Shown here piece after piece: positions 18,870 through 29,387 of a DNA stretch of 64,000 bases. The notes below the pieces were generated by a model, which was given only the letters and a program-made list of their open reading frames with translations, was not told where the DNA came from and searched no databases. The stretch is taken from sequence record NC_042013.1. The stretch is one strand, 5' to 3'. Position numbers and translations under genes: made by a program. Numbering within the stretch: the first letter of the stretch is position 1; every line of letters starts with the position of its first letter.

Positions 18870-18967
18870 GCAAAATTCCTTTTCTGTTTGCATTACAAAT
18901 TATAAATCGAAAAACCTTTCCTCGATTTCGTTTACAAGGACATATCTACCCAATTATTAATGAGGAG

Positions 18968-19360
18968 TCAAACGCTATTTTTATACATTTCGGAAAAAAA
19001 TTTAAAATCTCCCGATAATGTCCAGTCAAACGCCAAGTCACTATCAAACAGTATGCATTTCTTCCGGTCGATAAACCAAGGAGCATTAGATTCTTTAGAT
19101 AAGATTTTTATAAAGGAATAATTGTAATCAAAGTCCTCAAACTGCCATCTTTCAAAATAAGATGTTAATATAACCATCCCGGTATATGTCAGTCGTAGGG
19201 AATTCACATTTTCTCGTACATCATAAAATATAAGAGATTTCAATTCTGACGTTTCAAAATTCGCAATCATAGCCGTATGATCAGATGACAACGTTTCTGG
19301 AACGTTGCTGTTTTTCAAATAATCAATAATTTTAGCTATGATTGCGTTGTAATCTTTCAT
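18968..19360 (-). CDS. Hypothetical protein
   Basis: ORF in operon. Confidence 0.65.
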   Translation of the reverse strand: MKDYNAIIAKIIDYLKNSNVPETLSSDHTAMIANFETSELKSLIFYDVRENVNSLRLTYTGMVILTSYFERWQFEDFDYNYSFIKILSKESNAPWFIDRKKCILFDSDLAFDWTLSGDFKFFSEMYKNSV

Positions 19361-19650
19361 TTCTTTTCTATAATTCGTTCACCGGCAACAAGACGGTGAA
19401 CTGTAAATTTGTCGGTTCCAAACTCTTCATTGAGTTTATCCGCAAGATTATATGCGTGACCCGAACTTGAAAAAGAGCATTTTTTATATTTCGCAGGAGG
19501 CCATTTTACAAATGTACTAATGGTACGAATGTTAATAGGCTTTCCATCATAATAGACCGCGTAAATGGCATCTGCTTCAAGAATCTGGTCTATTTTATGC
19601 GTTTTGGTATCAGTCTTTTCAATAATAACTTTTGGTTTAGGTCTTGGCAT
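19357..19650 (-). CDS. Hypothetical protein (MPRPKP N-terminus)
   Basis: MPRPKPKVII...KYKKCSFSSSGHAYNLA. Confidence 0.75.
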   Translation of the reverse strand: MPRPKPKVIIEKTDTKTHKIDQILEADAIYAVYYDGKPINIRTISTFVKWPPAKYKKCSFSSSGHAYNLADKLNEEFGTDKFTVHRLVAGERIIEKK

Positions 19651-19680
19651 AACATATTCTCAACAAATAAACTTATGCTT

Positions 19681-19938
19681 TTATTTATCGAAAGTAATCT
19701 CGCCAGAAATGACTTTTTTAGCAAAATCGCTAACAACTAAATCAGAAAAGCCGCCAATTCTAAAATCATCTACAAAAATTTGCGGCACTGTTGATACGCC
19801 ATGCTTTTCATAAAAAGGGAGACGTTCGCGGTAATCATTCATAATAGTTTTAGTATGTGGCACATTATGTGTATCAAGCCACTTTACGGCATTGATGCAA
19901 TATGGGCAGCTTGATGACATTACGATTTCTACTTTCAT
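19681..19938 (-). CDS. Glutaredoxin
   Basis: CPYC, TVPQIF, IGGFSDL. Confidence 0.92.
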   Translation of the reverse strand: MKVEIVMSSSCPYCINAVKWLDTHNVPHTKTIMNDYRERLPFYEKHGVSTVPQIFVDDFRIGGFSDLVVSDFAKKVISGEITFDK

Positions 19939-19939
19939 T

Positions 19940-20830
19940 TTATTCTCCAATGGTTATCTGTTTCATTTTCCATCCACGCTTTTTAAATTCGTGTGGATAT
20001 CCATATGCATTATTTACAAATCGCGTATTGCTTAGAACTAAATCTTTATGATCGTGCGTATGTCCATAAAGACAAGTTTTCACATTTTCGTCTAGCACAT
20101 CCGCTAATTTTGAATTGATGAAAGAAGACGTCAATGCATTATAGTCAAAATTCTCAGGTATAATCGAGTGTAACAAAACCAACGGCGACGTGTGAGTAAC
20201 CAGCACGATCTCGTTTGTATTTGTTTTTAGAAATTTTTCCACATCACGCACAAACTCATTCGCCAAAACTTCAGGATTAACATATTTGAAATCAATTCGT
20301 TTAGCGTCTTTCATATGTGTTTGCCATGCTTTATAGTTATCCTCGTAAGAATAACCATATGGTATTAATGCAGACCAGTCATACCAAGAATTACCACCTA
20401 GAAACGTAATATTATCCAACGTAAAATGTAAATTCTCAACACCGTCTAGATAGATTAGTTTTGGGTTGCTCTTTATGAATTCCTTGATTATGTCAATATT
20501 ATCAAAAACATTATTAGTTGTTTCAATGTCAACGCACGGCATATACGTAATAGACAAATTATAATGTTCGTGATTTCCATCTGTAAATATAACAAAATCA
20601 TAATGTTCAGATGCTTGTTCTAACACTTTACAGCTAACGGCGATATTATTACTAATATCACCTGCTATAACCAACACACTACTGTCAGGAGTCTTAAACC
20701 ACTCAAAATCAAAATATTGAAACTCACCACGCGAATTAAAATGTTGCGGGCCTTTTCCTTTTTCATATAAGAGTGTTGTTTCGTGGAAATGCGAATCAAC
20801 ATGCAAATCAGAAATAAAATCTATTTTCAT
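19940..20830 (-). CDS. Calcineurin-like metallophosphoesterase
   Basis: SDLH, AGDIS, GNHE, VTH, GHTH. Confidence 0.88.
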   Translation of the reverse strand: MKIDFISDLHVDSHFHETTLLYEKGKGPQHFNSRGEFQYFDFEWFKTPDSSVLVIAGDISNNIAVSCKVLEQASEHYDFVIFTDGNHEHYNLSITYMPCVDIETTNNVFDNIDIIKEFIKSNPKLIYLDGVENLHFTLDNITFLGGNSWYDWSALIPYGYSYEDNYKAWQTHMKDAKRIDFKYVNPEVLANEFVRDVEKFLKTNTNEIVLVTHTSPLVLLHSIIPENFDYNALTSSFINSKLADVLDENVKTCLYGHTHDHKDLVLSNTRFVNNAYGYPHEFKKRGWKMKQITIGE

Positions 20831-21048
20831 TTGAAACTTCCGCCCTTAACAACAACCTCTGTAATAGTATTAGATTGTTCTTGAAGTTTTCGTATCTCCT
20901 CCAACAACACTACACGATCCGTTAGCAATTCAGTAATAGTAGTGTTTAATTCTGAAGCCTCCGAGGCACTAAGAATCAAATCTTTTCCATTACGAGAAAT
21001 CATTCCTTGAACTTTAGTAGAAAATTTTGATAACACATTAAGTTTCAT
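20827..21048 (-). CDS. Small coiled-coil hypothetical protein
   Basis: ORF in operon. Confidence 0.6.
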   Translation of the reverse strand: MKLNVLSKFSTKVQGMISRNGKDLILSASEASELNTTITELLTDRVVLLEEIRKLQEQSNTITEVVVKGGSFK

Positions 21049-21508
21049 TAGTAACATTCCTTAGGTTAATAGTGTTATTCAAACTAGATAATCTATTAAG
21101 CATTTCAAGACGTGTTTTGAATGGTCCAACCAATTCATTTTCCTGTAGTGTGGATAGCTTAGGACAAAACGATTGAACCCATTTGTTGTTTTGCAAAAAT
21201 CCCCAATATCCCGCAACAAATTCAATAGAACTGTTACGCCTTACATAAATCGGAGGAGTAGTCGATACTACTTGAATATCATCGTGTTTTACTGGATATC
21301 CATCAATGGTTGATGTCTTAGTTACAACCTTAGAGGTTGCCATATTCAAAGAACCATAGCGGTCTTTCAATTCATCCATTGTTGTTTTCGTTTTTTCAGT
21401 TGGGGATAGAAATAACACATGATCAGGATATTCCACCACCAAACCTTGTATTGAACCTGAATCTTTCAATAACCAAGCAGATTCATTCAACGGGGTTAAG
21501 GTTGCCAT
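21038..21508 (-). CDS. Hypothetical protein
   Basis: AGYW...FCPKLSTL...GPFKT. Confidence 0.7.
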   Translation of the reverse strand: MATLTPLNESAWLLKDSGSIQGLVVEYPDHVLFLSPTEKTKTTMDELKDRYGSLNMATSKVVTKTSTIDGYPVKHDDIQVVSTTPPIYVRRNSSIEFVAGYWGFLQNNKWVQSFCPKLSTLQENELVGPFKTRLEMLNRLSSLNNTINLRNVTNET

Positions 21509-21886
21509 TTAAATCTCCAAACATTTAACGTAGCTGGTTGATCGTTTATTAAGGGTAGGGACGTCATCTTTATTATTTGCCCAACACGTAACTATCATAC
21601 CATCTTTGGTAATCACATAGGTATAATCAAATTCATTATTTAGAGTTTTAACGCGAATTAAAAATTTTTCTATTTCTCCATCGTCTATATAAACTTCCAT
21701 AAGGCTGTTTTCTGGCTCTAACAGAACGTCTACATTAGGGACCGGAACAATTGATTTCTTGTCACCTAACATAGACACTATTGAATGAACTGAAAGACGC
21801 AACTCTTTGATATTGTTTACTACATCGTGTAAGGCGTCAAGTACGCCATTAGGAAATCCAAAACTGGTATGATATCGTTCGATCAT
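21509..21886 (-). CDS. Hypothetical protein
   Basis: ORF in operon. Confidence 0.65.
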   Translation of the reverse strand: MIERYHTSFGFPNGVLDALHDVVNNIKELRLSVHSIVSMLGDKKSIVPVPNVDVLLEPENSLMEVYIDDGEIEKFLIRVKTLNNEFDYTYVITKDGMIVTCWANNKDDVPTLNKRSTSYVKCLEI

Positions 21887-22944
21887 TTTCCGTATCTCTT
21901 CGCAAACATGTTGGCATAGTCCTCTGGATTTTTTGCAATATTGACCAGATTCATGTTAGACGCAAACTTGATAAAATCAAAACCAATTCTACTAGCTGGA
22001 ACAGATTTAGATGTCGCTGCCAAAATGGTTTCATCCATTTCTTTTTTTACTTCATCCGGCTGGCGAGTAAGATCGATAAGCTCAAGGTTTGTGTTGTATT
22101 CATCTATAACACGAACTCGCTGAATTTCTCTTGATCCATCATCCTTAATAGAAATAAGTTTATCCCATTCCTGAAGCATGAAATTATTCCAATCATAACC
22201 TCGATTATGGCGATCATTAAACGCTTCTTTAATACCGGGTTTTTTTGATGACCCATTTTCACGAACGCCGGGATATGCACTCATAATGTTATCCGACGAA
22301 TCGCCACGAACCGTTTTAAAAAACAATTCATATTCTGGATCGGGAGTTTCGTGTTCGAATGTTTTAGTAACTTTTTTCTTTTTACCGTTGTCTAATGTTT
22401 CCGTAATGATTTTATCAAAAGTTGCGGGTTGCTCTTTTTCATTGAAAACGCCTTTATTAGTAATCAGCAAACTCTTAATACCGTCATAAATTTTGACGTT
22501 ATCAGAAAGCAATTGGTAAAAATCGTGGTCGCTTGATAAAATATAATTCATATCGTGTGGATGTAATTGAGTCCACCTTGCAATCATATCGTCCGCTTCC
22601 GCATTTGGTGATTGCAAGATAGTAGCGTTTGTTTTTTCCCGCAAAAATCCAATAAAAGAATCGAATACCTCTTGAACATATTCTAAATCTCTAATTTCTT
22701 TTGCGGACATAAGAGCACGAGTTTCAGCACGATTAGCCTTATATGCTTTATATACGCTTTTTCTCCAAGAGTGACCCTCGAGACAGATGACAACGTGATC
22801 TATTTTAAATCGACGCCACGATTGGCGCATAGCATTTAGAGCAATATGCAATGCCATAGACGAAGTTGTAGAAATATCACCAGTATGGACGTGGCGTGCA
22901 CGATGAAGTAGATTATTAAGGTCGACTAATAGATAATTTCTCAC
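21883..22944 (-). CDS. rnh: T4 RNase H-like 5'-3' exonuclease / flap endonuclease
   Basis: LLVD, WRK..Y..YKANR, EADD, SSDHDF.QL, GDSSDNI. Confidence 0.9.
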   Translation of the reverse strand: MRNYLLVDLNNLLHRARHVHTGDISTTSSMALHIALNAMRQSWRRFKIDHVVICLEGHSWRKSVYKAYKANRAETRALMSAKEIRDLEYVQEVFDSFIGFLREKTNATILQSPNAEADDMIARWTQLHPHDMNYILSSDHDFYQLLSDNVKIYDGIKSLLITNKGVFNEKEQPATFDKIITETLDNGKKKKVTKTFEHETPDPEYELFFKTVRGDSSDNIMSAYPGVRENGSSKKPGIKEAFNDRHNRGYDWNNFMLQEWDKLISIKDDGSREIQRVRVIDEYNTNLELIDLTRQPDEVKKEMDETILAATSKSVPASRIGFDFIKFASNMNLVNIAKNPEDYANMFAKRYGK

Positions 22945-23738
22945 GATATTTCTGCCTTTCCATCACCCAACTTAGTAATAGAGGTTCTCATACCGATTGC
23001 CTCTTTCTTTGCCATTGGTGATGTTTGTTCGTGTTCTGCTAACTGTTCATTGAATACTTCTGCGCCTAGTGCAGTAAACCAATCATTAACAATTTCTTCT
23101 TCATTTGTACCAACAAAGCCATTATCAATTAAATGATCAACGAAAGGCTTATTCCAATCCAATTCGATCATCATTCCTGAACCAACACTAGGTTTGTTTA
23201 AGAAATCTGCATCCAGAATAGTAACCCACGGTTCGTTTTTGAGCGTAGCTATTTCCTTTTCGGATTCGGTTTTTGTTATATCCCCGTATTTCTCTTTAAT
23301 TTCAATTTGACGAATTTTATATTCGATACTATCAACGTCATCGATTTCGAGTGTTGTTAGTAGTTCATCATATTCGCGCTCAGTAATTTTTCCATGCTTA
23401 AGATCAATATCGATCCTGTCATAATCAAATTTGCTACCAAGAGATAATAGCGAATCAATGATTCCGCCTTTTTTATATGAAAAGCCGTGTTCCAACGCTA
23501 AGTTAGCGACCTCCGCTTGATATTCATCAATTTTGCCATATTCTAAATCAAGCTCAATGTAACGCTTATCAAACTTCTTTTCATCGCCAAAAAATTCGAA
23601 ATCAATTTCGGCCAGCTTATATTTCAAATCTTTGCCTTCGAGATTATATTCAGCTTTCGCTTGTTCTTTTCTCGCACCGGTAAGCCCCCAATTTGCTGGC
23701 CAAACACAATACGGAATTATCTTTTTAACATAACTCAT
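22941..23738 (-). CDS. Hypothetical protein
   Basis: Start MSYVKK at 23738; ELDWN..F...L...G..G..EEEIV.DWF. Confidence 0.7.
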   Translation of the reverse strand: MSYVKKIIPYCVWPANWGLTGARKEQAKAEYNLEGKDLKYKLAEIDFEFFGDEKKFDKRYIELDLEYGKIDEYQAEVANLALEHGFSYKKGGIIDSLLSLGSKFDYDRIDIDLKHGKITEREYDELLTTLEIDDVDSIEYKIRQIEIKEKYGDITKTESEKEIATLKNEPWVTILDADFLNKPSVGSGMMIELDWNKPFVDHLIDNGFVGTNEEEIVNDWFTALGAEVFNEQLAEHEQTSPMAKKEAIGMRTSITKLGDGKAEIS

Positions 23739-23739
23739 A

Positions 23740-24174
23740 TTACTTTCCTTCTGATAAAATAAACTGGACAAAGAATTCTTCAAATAGACTATAAGATTGC
23801 TCTTCCTCAAACAATAACCATAGTTCAAAACTACCATTCAACCCGTCACGCTCAACCCATCCATTATGATAAAATGAGTTCTGGTCGTCGTGATGGTGGC
23901 AAAAATTTGAATTTACGTGATCAAAGATTTTATATGTCCAATTATAGGAATGATCTTGTTCGTGTAAATATCGACGTAATTTTTCAACTACAACATATAC
24001 AATTGAATAAATTTCGTATGAATTGATAGTGCTTTTGCTTGTAACATCAATCTTTGATGACATCATATACTTAAATTTTTTGACGAGTTCTTGGTCATAC
24101 GGAGAAAGACTTGGTAGGTATAAAGTCTCTCTTTGAATGCGCAACACTCGCAAATCGTGGTTTGTTAGGTCCAT
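23740..24174 (-). CDS. Paralogue-family protein
   Basis: Start MDLTNH (GAGGA RBS); ends LLFEEEQSYSLF. Confidence 0.65.
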   Translation of the reverse strand: MDLTNHDLRVLRIQRETLYLPSLSPYDQELVKKFKYMMSSKIDVTSKSTINSYEIYSIVYVVVEKLRRYLHEQDHSYNWTYKIFDHVNSNFCHHHDDQNSFYHNGWVERDGLNGSFELWLLFEEEQSYSLFEEFFVQFILSEGK

Positions 24175-24218
24175 ATGTTTATTCCTCAATCAATTTATGG
24201 ATAGTACCATATTTGATT

Positions 24219-24569
24219 TCAACCTTGCAAATTAAATCGCAGGAGAAAAGGAATAGCGTCCTCGTCCGTCATTTCAAGATAAATTGAGTATACGGTATGA
24301 GAATACCCTTCAAAACAAATGTCGTCATAAATTTCCAAAGGTTCTGGATAAACAACCATACGCGGGGATAAACTGATTTCATTTAGATATGATATTACGG
24401 ATGGAAGCAAACTATACGTTATGAAATGTATTGATCCAGAATCGGTTGTCACCAATTCGGTTACTTCAAATTCATGTACATTTTCCAATGGCGAGTTCAA
24501 CATTTTGATAGTCCAATTCTGTACGTATACGTTTTGGACACCAATAACCGTTTTCTCGTACTTTTTCAA
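24219..24569 (-). CDS. Paralogue-family protein
   Basis: Ends YLEMTDEDAIPFLLRF; start uncertain. Confidence 0.6.
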   Translation of the reverse strand: MKKYEKTVIGVQNVYVQNWTIKMLNSPLENVHEFEVTELVTTDSGSIHFITYSLLPSVISYLNEISLSPRMVVYPEPLEIYDDICFEGYSHTVYSIYLEMTDEDAIPFLLRFNLQG

Positions 24570-24996
24570 TCAAAAAGTCAGTTATGATTGGATAATGACA
24601 ATGCCCTCTGGTAAAATTCATAAACATCCTAATAGACGGGCTTACGTATGATGAGAAATAAGATAAAATAGAATTCAAATCCCCACTTTGAAGAACTATA
24701 GCAGGAATAGTGCTTGCTTCAACCATTCTATCTGAAGAACGATATGTGAATGGTATTTTATTGACTTTCAAACGCCAATTTAAATCAGAACCCCACAATC
24801 GCAATATGCAATCAAACGGGAGTCTGCTGTCGGATGCCCCTAAAGTATACAAAAAAAGATCAATTTTATCTGCGTGATTTTGCATCATTTGAACATTGGT
24901 ATATGACGGGGTAGTTACGCAAAACAAGAGTAACTCTTGTAATTCGTAAATGGAACGGTCAAATTTGTGCAATTGATCAACGTATATCATGCACAT
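24472..24996 (-). CDS. Hypothetical protein (low confidence)
   Basis: Only long ORF filling the ~500 bp gap after the clamp gene; overlaps the next gene. Confidence 0.4.
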   Translation of the reverse strand: MCMIYVDQLHKFDRSIYELQELLLFCVTTPSYTNVQMMQNHADKIDLFLYTLGASDSRLPFDCILRLWGSDLNWRLKVNKIPFTYRSSDRMVEASTIPAIVLQSGDLNSILSYFSSYVSPSIRMFMNFTRGHCHYPIITDFLIEKVRENGYWCPKRIRTELDYQNVELAIGKCT

Positions 24997-25064
24997 ATTT
25001 AACAAAAATGCCTTTAGCTTATTTCTAAACCAAAGGCATCCTTCCTCGCTCCGATAACCGGATA

Positions 25065-25811
25065 TTAACGCTTGCGTGGCGGGAAAATAAAGCGCCAATC
25101 TACAAGCGCCGAGCTAAATGAAAGCTCGATTGCGCCGCGTGCGGAAAGCTTGAGAATTGGATTATGATCCTGACCAAGCTTCATAGCGGACAAGATAGGC
25201 GTGATATTCCAATTAATCTCATTGGAAAATTCAACAGACTTGTCAAGGTCTGATGCCATAACTACCTGCGCGCTGTGCAATGCATTTGAGTCGTCACCGA
25301 TAGAGAAGATAACTTCAGATGCACTCGTCTTAACACTAAAGAACTTTTCAAATGCAGAATACAAATCAGCAAGAGAAGCAAATTCATTAATAGTACTCTT
25401 GTCAAGTTCAATTTCATAATCCCAAACAGGGGTTCTGAAAACACCCATTTCATTAACGTAGTCTTTGTTAATGAAGCGGAACTTAGCAGGGTTCTTACCC
25501 TTGTCATTCTTAAAGAGCATCTCAACAGGGGTTTCTACACCACCGCGATCTTGACGAATGATTTCAATAGAAGCATTGTCAGAAAGATATGTCTTGTGAT
25601 TCAAAAGACCTGTAAGGAGAGGGAAAAATCCAATACCGTATTCGCCACGAAGCTGTTCGGATGGATCGCGAAGAGTTCCGTTAACGATAACGGTCTTGTC
25701 CTTATCAATTGCCTCTACACGGGTTTCTTCAGCACTGCCGGTGATTTTAGTCTGTTCAATACCGCCAACGACTGAAACGTGCTTTACAATATCAAGTAGA
25801 ATTTTACGCAT
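25065..25811 (-). CDS. DNA polymerase sliding clamp (gp45/PCNA-like)
   Basis: ~250 aa two-domain beta/alpha pattern, directly downstream of PolB; YILPA-like end FIFPP. Confidence 0.7.
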   Translation of the reverse strand: MRKILLDIVKHVSVVGGIEQTKITGSAEETRVEAIDKDKTVIVNGTLRDPSEQLRGEYGIGFFPLLTGLLNHKTYLSDNASIEIIRQDRGGVETPVEMLFKNDKGKNPAKFRFINKDYVNEMGVFRTPVWDYEIELDKSTINEFASLADLYSAFEKFFSVKTSASEVIFSIGDDSNALHSAQVVMASDLDKSVEFSNEINWNITPILSAMKLGQDHNPILKLSARGAIELSFSSALVDWRFIFPPRKR

Positions 25812-25876
25812 TTAGTTGTTTCCTTGTTTTTCAATTCATAATGAAATATATCAAATGGTGACTTCGTTTTGCAAAA

Positions 25877-27130
25877 TTAAAATCCAAATAAATCAGCAAA
25901 ATCGTCTGAAATTTTTGTTTTTGACAAATCCCATTTCAGAACGCCTAGAAGATTGCCCATTTTTTTATCAATGATGATCTCTTCCATCGCAGCTTCATCA
26001 AATGGTAATGTCTTGAACCATTCAGGTAAGGTGATATCGTCATATGGAAATGCGATAGACGTCATACCCATAACATTTTGTTTTAATTTACACACAACTA
26101 CGTTAGCACCATCAGTTAGCTCGGTTGCATATTTGTCTGCATTAAGCTTTCTAAGTTTGTTCCAGTTAATTGCCGCCTGAACGTGGCCGGGGACCATTAC
26201 TTTCTTTTTAGATGCAAATGTAGAAGGTTGATTTCCATTTAAACCCAATTTCCCCATATATGAGGTTAGACCATTAACTTTTTTAGGAGAACCCTTGTCC
26301 CAAGGTGATCGTTTTCTAAAAACATTAAAACGAAAATCTCGTATTTTGTTAATGGTTTCTTCTTCGCCAGCACCTTGAAGAACATCCATTAGGGTGCTTT
26401 CCATAAACTCTTGCATGTACTTTGGTGTATCGGAGCGTTTAATTTCAAGGCCAACCGCTTTAATTTTACCCGGCTTCCCATCAATATCAAGACGACCGTT
26501 ATCTTCATCCCAAAACTTCAATACCGCATATCTCTTCTTTTTCATAAAGATTGCATTTTCAGCCACAAGCTCAAGTCCTGCTGCGATAATAGAACCGTTT
26601 TCGATACCCGTGTTAAACGCCCTATTCATAAATGGAGGGAATGATTGATTAACAAGGTCGCCAACCGTTTTATACAATTCAAGAACGGTGTCCTTATCAT
26701 CAGCAAGCGAGGCTGTTTCTGGATTGCTTTTCAAAATATTATATGCGGTGAAGTACGCTGAGTCTGTATCATTATATGCAATAGCACCACCCTTATACGT
26801 ATATTCTCCCATAATATTTTCATTCAGTGCTGATGACATATGCTTAGTAACACTACGTCCTGTCAAGGTAACCGACTGGCCGAGGCGCTTATCGAAGAAC
26901 AAACACCCTTCATTTAGCAACGCACCATAAAGAGAGTTCAAAAGAATCTTAACAGCTTGTTGGCGCTGGTTCCAATAATCCGACTGTGCTTTTAATTGCT
27001 TTGCTACATCTTTTCTTGGAACAATTACACGCCCGTCCAGCACTAAATCGTGTTCTTCCATAAACGCTTTGATTGCCTTTACGTCACGATTTTTTACTAG
27101 TTCATTCAAATGATTTACATCATATTCCAC
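25877..27130 (-). CDS. Family B DNA polymerase, C-terminal subunit (fingers, palm, thumb)
   Basis: KILLNSLYG (motif B), YNDTDS (motif C), KKRY, GLEIKRSDTP; GTG start with AGGTG RBS. Confidence 0.92.
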   Translation of the reverse strand: MEYDVNHLNELVKNRDVKAIKAFMEEHDLVLDGRVIVPRKDVAKQLKAQSDYWNQRQQAVKILLNSLYGALLNEGCLFFDKRLGQSVTLTGRSVTKHMSSALNENIMGEYTYKGGAIAYNDTDSAYFTAYNILKSNPETASLADDKDTVLELYKTVGDLVNQSFPPFMNRAFNTGIENGSIIAAGLELVAENAIFMKKKRYAVLKFWDEDNGRLDIDGKPGKIKAVGLEIKRSDTPKYMQEFMESTLMDVLQGAGEEETINKIRDFRFNVFRKRSPWDKGSPKKVNGLTSYMGKLGLNGNQPSTFASKKKVMVPGHVQAAINWNKLRKLNADKYATELTDGANVVVCKLKQNVMGMTSIAFPYDDITLPEWFKTLPFDEAAMEEIIIDKKMGNLLGVLKWDLSKTKISDDFADLFGF

Positions 27131-27148
27131 ATTTCACCTACCGATTTC

Positions 27149-28846
27149 TTATTTCAATTGATTCAAAAGGTCGTCATCAATTTCAACGCCTTTGGACATC
27201 ATATTAAGATTGTATGATTTCGCCCTCATATCTTTACGGCCTGCATACCATTCCGCTAGAAGTTCTGCGATAATAGAGGGAACGTCTTTTCTAAAGATTG
27301 TACCGTTTGCTGAAATTATGTATTTGGAATCTTCGCCAAATACGAAATCATAAAATTGTTCACCAGACGTTGTGATTGATGTACCGTCTTCAAAATCAAC
27401 AACTATTTCGGTTTCTTCTTTATTATAAACGGCGTCATATTCTAATGCTGCAAACACTTCATGCCACGCGTCAACCGGAGTATATCCATTTTTGATACGA
27501 TCTGCGATAAACGCGTCAGTGTATGATGGTCGTATTTGACCGACGATTGTTTCTGGTCCCATGTTAAGTGATCGAAGAACCGATGGATAAAGAGAATTGA
27601 TATCCACGCAACCAATCATTTTATAATAACCGGGGTCAGGGTCTGCAACGTATGCGCCTACTGCTGCTTTTTCGCCGTCATCATCATCATCGTCAATATT
27701 ATCAACTGGCTGATCATCATCAGAAGGTTCGTCTGTTTTCTTCGCAGGAACTTGCATTCCTTTTTCCCAAACGCTATTCGTTATCGCCTGATCGATCATC
27801 GCAACTGAACCCTGCGTTGTCTTAAGAATAACACTATTGGAATGAGCAAGCTGATTATGAAGTTCGATATACCGTCTCTTAAGGTCGATCTTATAAATGA
27901 GATACGTATCCTGACGGTTGTATGCGATGAATTTTTCAAAATCACGTTTATACAGATTATCGAGGGTTCCTTCGTACGGAACCTTGTTTTCACCAACTTC
28001 GATTTGACCAATATAATCAAGCTTATAGGTGTGCATTTTTTGAGGATTGTGCTTCTGGTATAATTCCAGATAATCCATATGTACACGCCCTACGTAGTCA
28101 AACGTTTCATTCTCTTTACCAAAACGAAGGTACTTGCGTTTTTTTGGTTGGAGTCCCCAAAGGCACATTTTAGAGGCATACGATTTTCCTAAAACCCTAA
28201 GGATTCTATTAGTAGTATACGGGACGTCGTATCCAGTTGAATTCCATCCAGTCAAAACGTCCACATCATCAATAACATCAAGGAAATTTTGCAATAGTTC
28301 TTTTTCTGAAAGACACAGATACGTGTTCTCAAATTTATCACAAATCGCTTTTGCTTCCTCGTCAGTAAGATAGTCTGGATCATCTTCTGGCAAATCAGGC
28401 TTGAGGACAAACGTGATCAAACTACTAATACTGGTTAGATAGATTGATATAGCGGTGATACGAGAAAATGGATCGGTTGTCGGAGCGAACCCACGTTCAG
28501 GGTCAAAGTCCGTCTCAATATCGAAAAACCCTAAATTAAATTCTGGCGATGGCTTATTCTTATAATTGTCATACAGACATCTAAAAATAGGATTTACACT
28601 ATTTTCGTGAATCTTTTTCCCGACTTGGATATCAGCATTCATTTCACTCATGAATTTCTGACGATTATTAAACATACGTTTTGTGCAACGGTTTCCCCAC
28701 ATTGTACGGCTGCTGCCATTTGGGTCTTCATAGTAATAAACATATTCCGCATTGAATTCACGAAATACTCTCTCGCCCTTTTCATTGCGCTCAACCACTT
28801 TGATTTTGTTCTTGACTGTATCGTTATATGCATCTACAAAAGGCAT
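27149..28846 (-). CDS. Family B DNA polymerase, N-terminal subunit (3'-5' exonuclease plus motif A)
   Basis: FDIET, GWNSTGYD, YKLD, YNRQD, DINSLYPS. Confidence 0.92.
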   Translation of the reverse strand: MPFVDAYNDTVKNKIKVVERNEKGERVFREFNAEYVYYYEDPNGSSRTMWGNRCTKRMFNNRQKFMSEMNADIQVGKKIHENSVNPIFRCLYDNYKNKPSPEFNLGFFDIETDFDPERGFAPTTDPFSRITAISIYLTSISSLITFVLKPDLPEDDPDYLTDEEAKAICDKFENTYLCLSEKELLQNFLDVIDDVDVLTGWNSTGYDVPYTTNRILRVLGKSYASKMCLWGLQPKKRKYLRFGKENETFDYVGRVHMDYLELYQKHNPQKMHTYKLDYIGQIEVGENKVPYEGTLDNLYKRDFEKFIAYNRQDTYLIYKIDLKRRYIELHNQLAHSNSVILKTTQGSVAMIDQAITNSVWEKGMQVPAKKTDEPSDDDQPVDNIDDDDDDGEKAAVGAYVADPDPGYYKMIGCVDINSLYPSVLRSLNMGPETIVGQIRPSYTDAFIADRIKNGYTPVDAWHEVFAALEYDAVYNKEETEIVVDFEDGTSITTSGEQFYDFVFGEDSKYIISANGTIFRKDVPSIIAELLAEWYAGRKDMRAKSYNLNMMSKGVEIDDDLLNQLK

Positions 28847-28889
28847 GTAAAATCTCCTGTTTACATATTCATAATACGGGAGGCGTCAT

Positions 28890-29387
28890 TTGGAATTCAA
28901 TATTAAAGGGACTACCATCGTGAAATATTCGGAGCTTTTTGAAAAGAGATATGGATGGTTGACACCATCAAAAGCCGTAGTAACTTGTAAATGGTTTGGT
29001 CATCTTGAAGAGCTTGGTAAATTTCCAGACGTGTCAGAAGCTTACACAATTTATGAAAATACGATTGAGAATAATCGTGAATTTGTTAATGATTGTTTAA
29101 GTGATCTAGGTCCAGATGAACACCCTGAGATGCATCGTTTCGATGGAATTGATGACGACGCCAGAGATTTGTTAATTAAAACCGTTTATGAACTAGGATA
29201 TATTCGTTTGGGTATATACCGTGACTATGCAATTGAAGCAGAGGGTTCTCCAGAGGGTATCCGATCATCTTTGACTAAGCTAAATGCTATTTCAAAAGAC
29301 ATTTCTCTGCCGTTGCATACCCGTGCATTGCGATATGTTCCATATAAAGGCGGTTCTGGATATACCGTAGAACTCGTGGATATTTAA
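28890..29387 (+). CDS. Hypothetical protein, lone plus-strand gene
   Basis: GGAGG-N6-TTG. Confidence 0.65.
   Translation: MEFNIKGTTIVKYSELFEKRYGWLTPSKAVVTCKWFGHLEELGKFPDVSEAYTIYENTIENNREFVNDCLSDLGPDEHPEMHRFDGIDDDARDLLIKTVYELGYIRLGIYRDYAIEAEGSPEGIRSSLTKLNAISKDISLPLHTRALRYVPYKGGSGYTVELVDI

Noticed and set aside
18868-18893. ATGCAAA / TTTGCAT hairpin at the AAA start
   Set aside because: The promoter lies upstream of both arms and the SD is in the loop; only 7 bp and does not fit the gating pattern
24472-24569. Possible programmed frameshift between overlapping ORFs
   Set aside because: No clear slippery site; a later start for 24219-24569 would shrink the overlap
27131-27148. Intein, intron or single nonsense error in polB
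   Set aside because: Only 18 nt, with two in-frame stops and an SD; no splicing motifs
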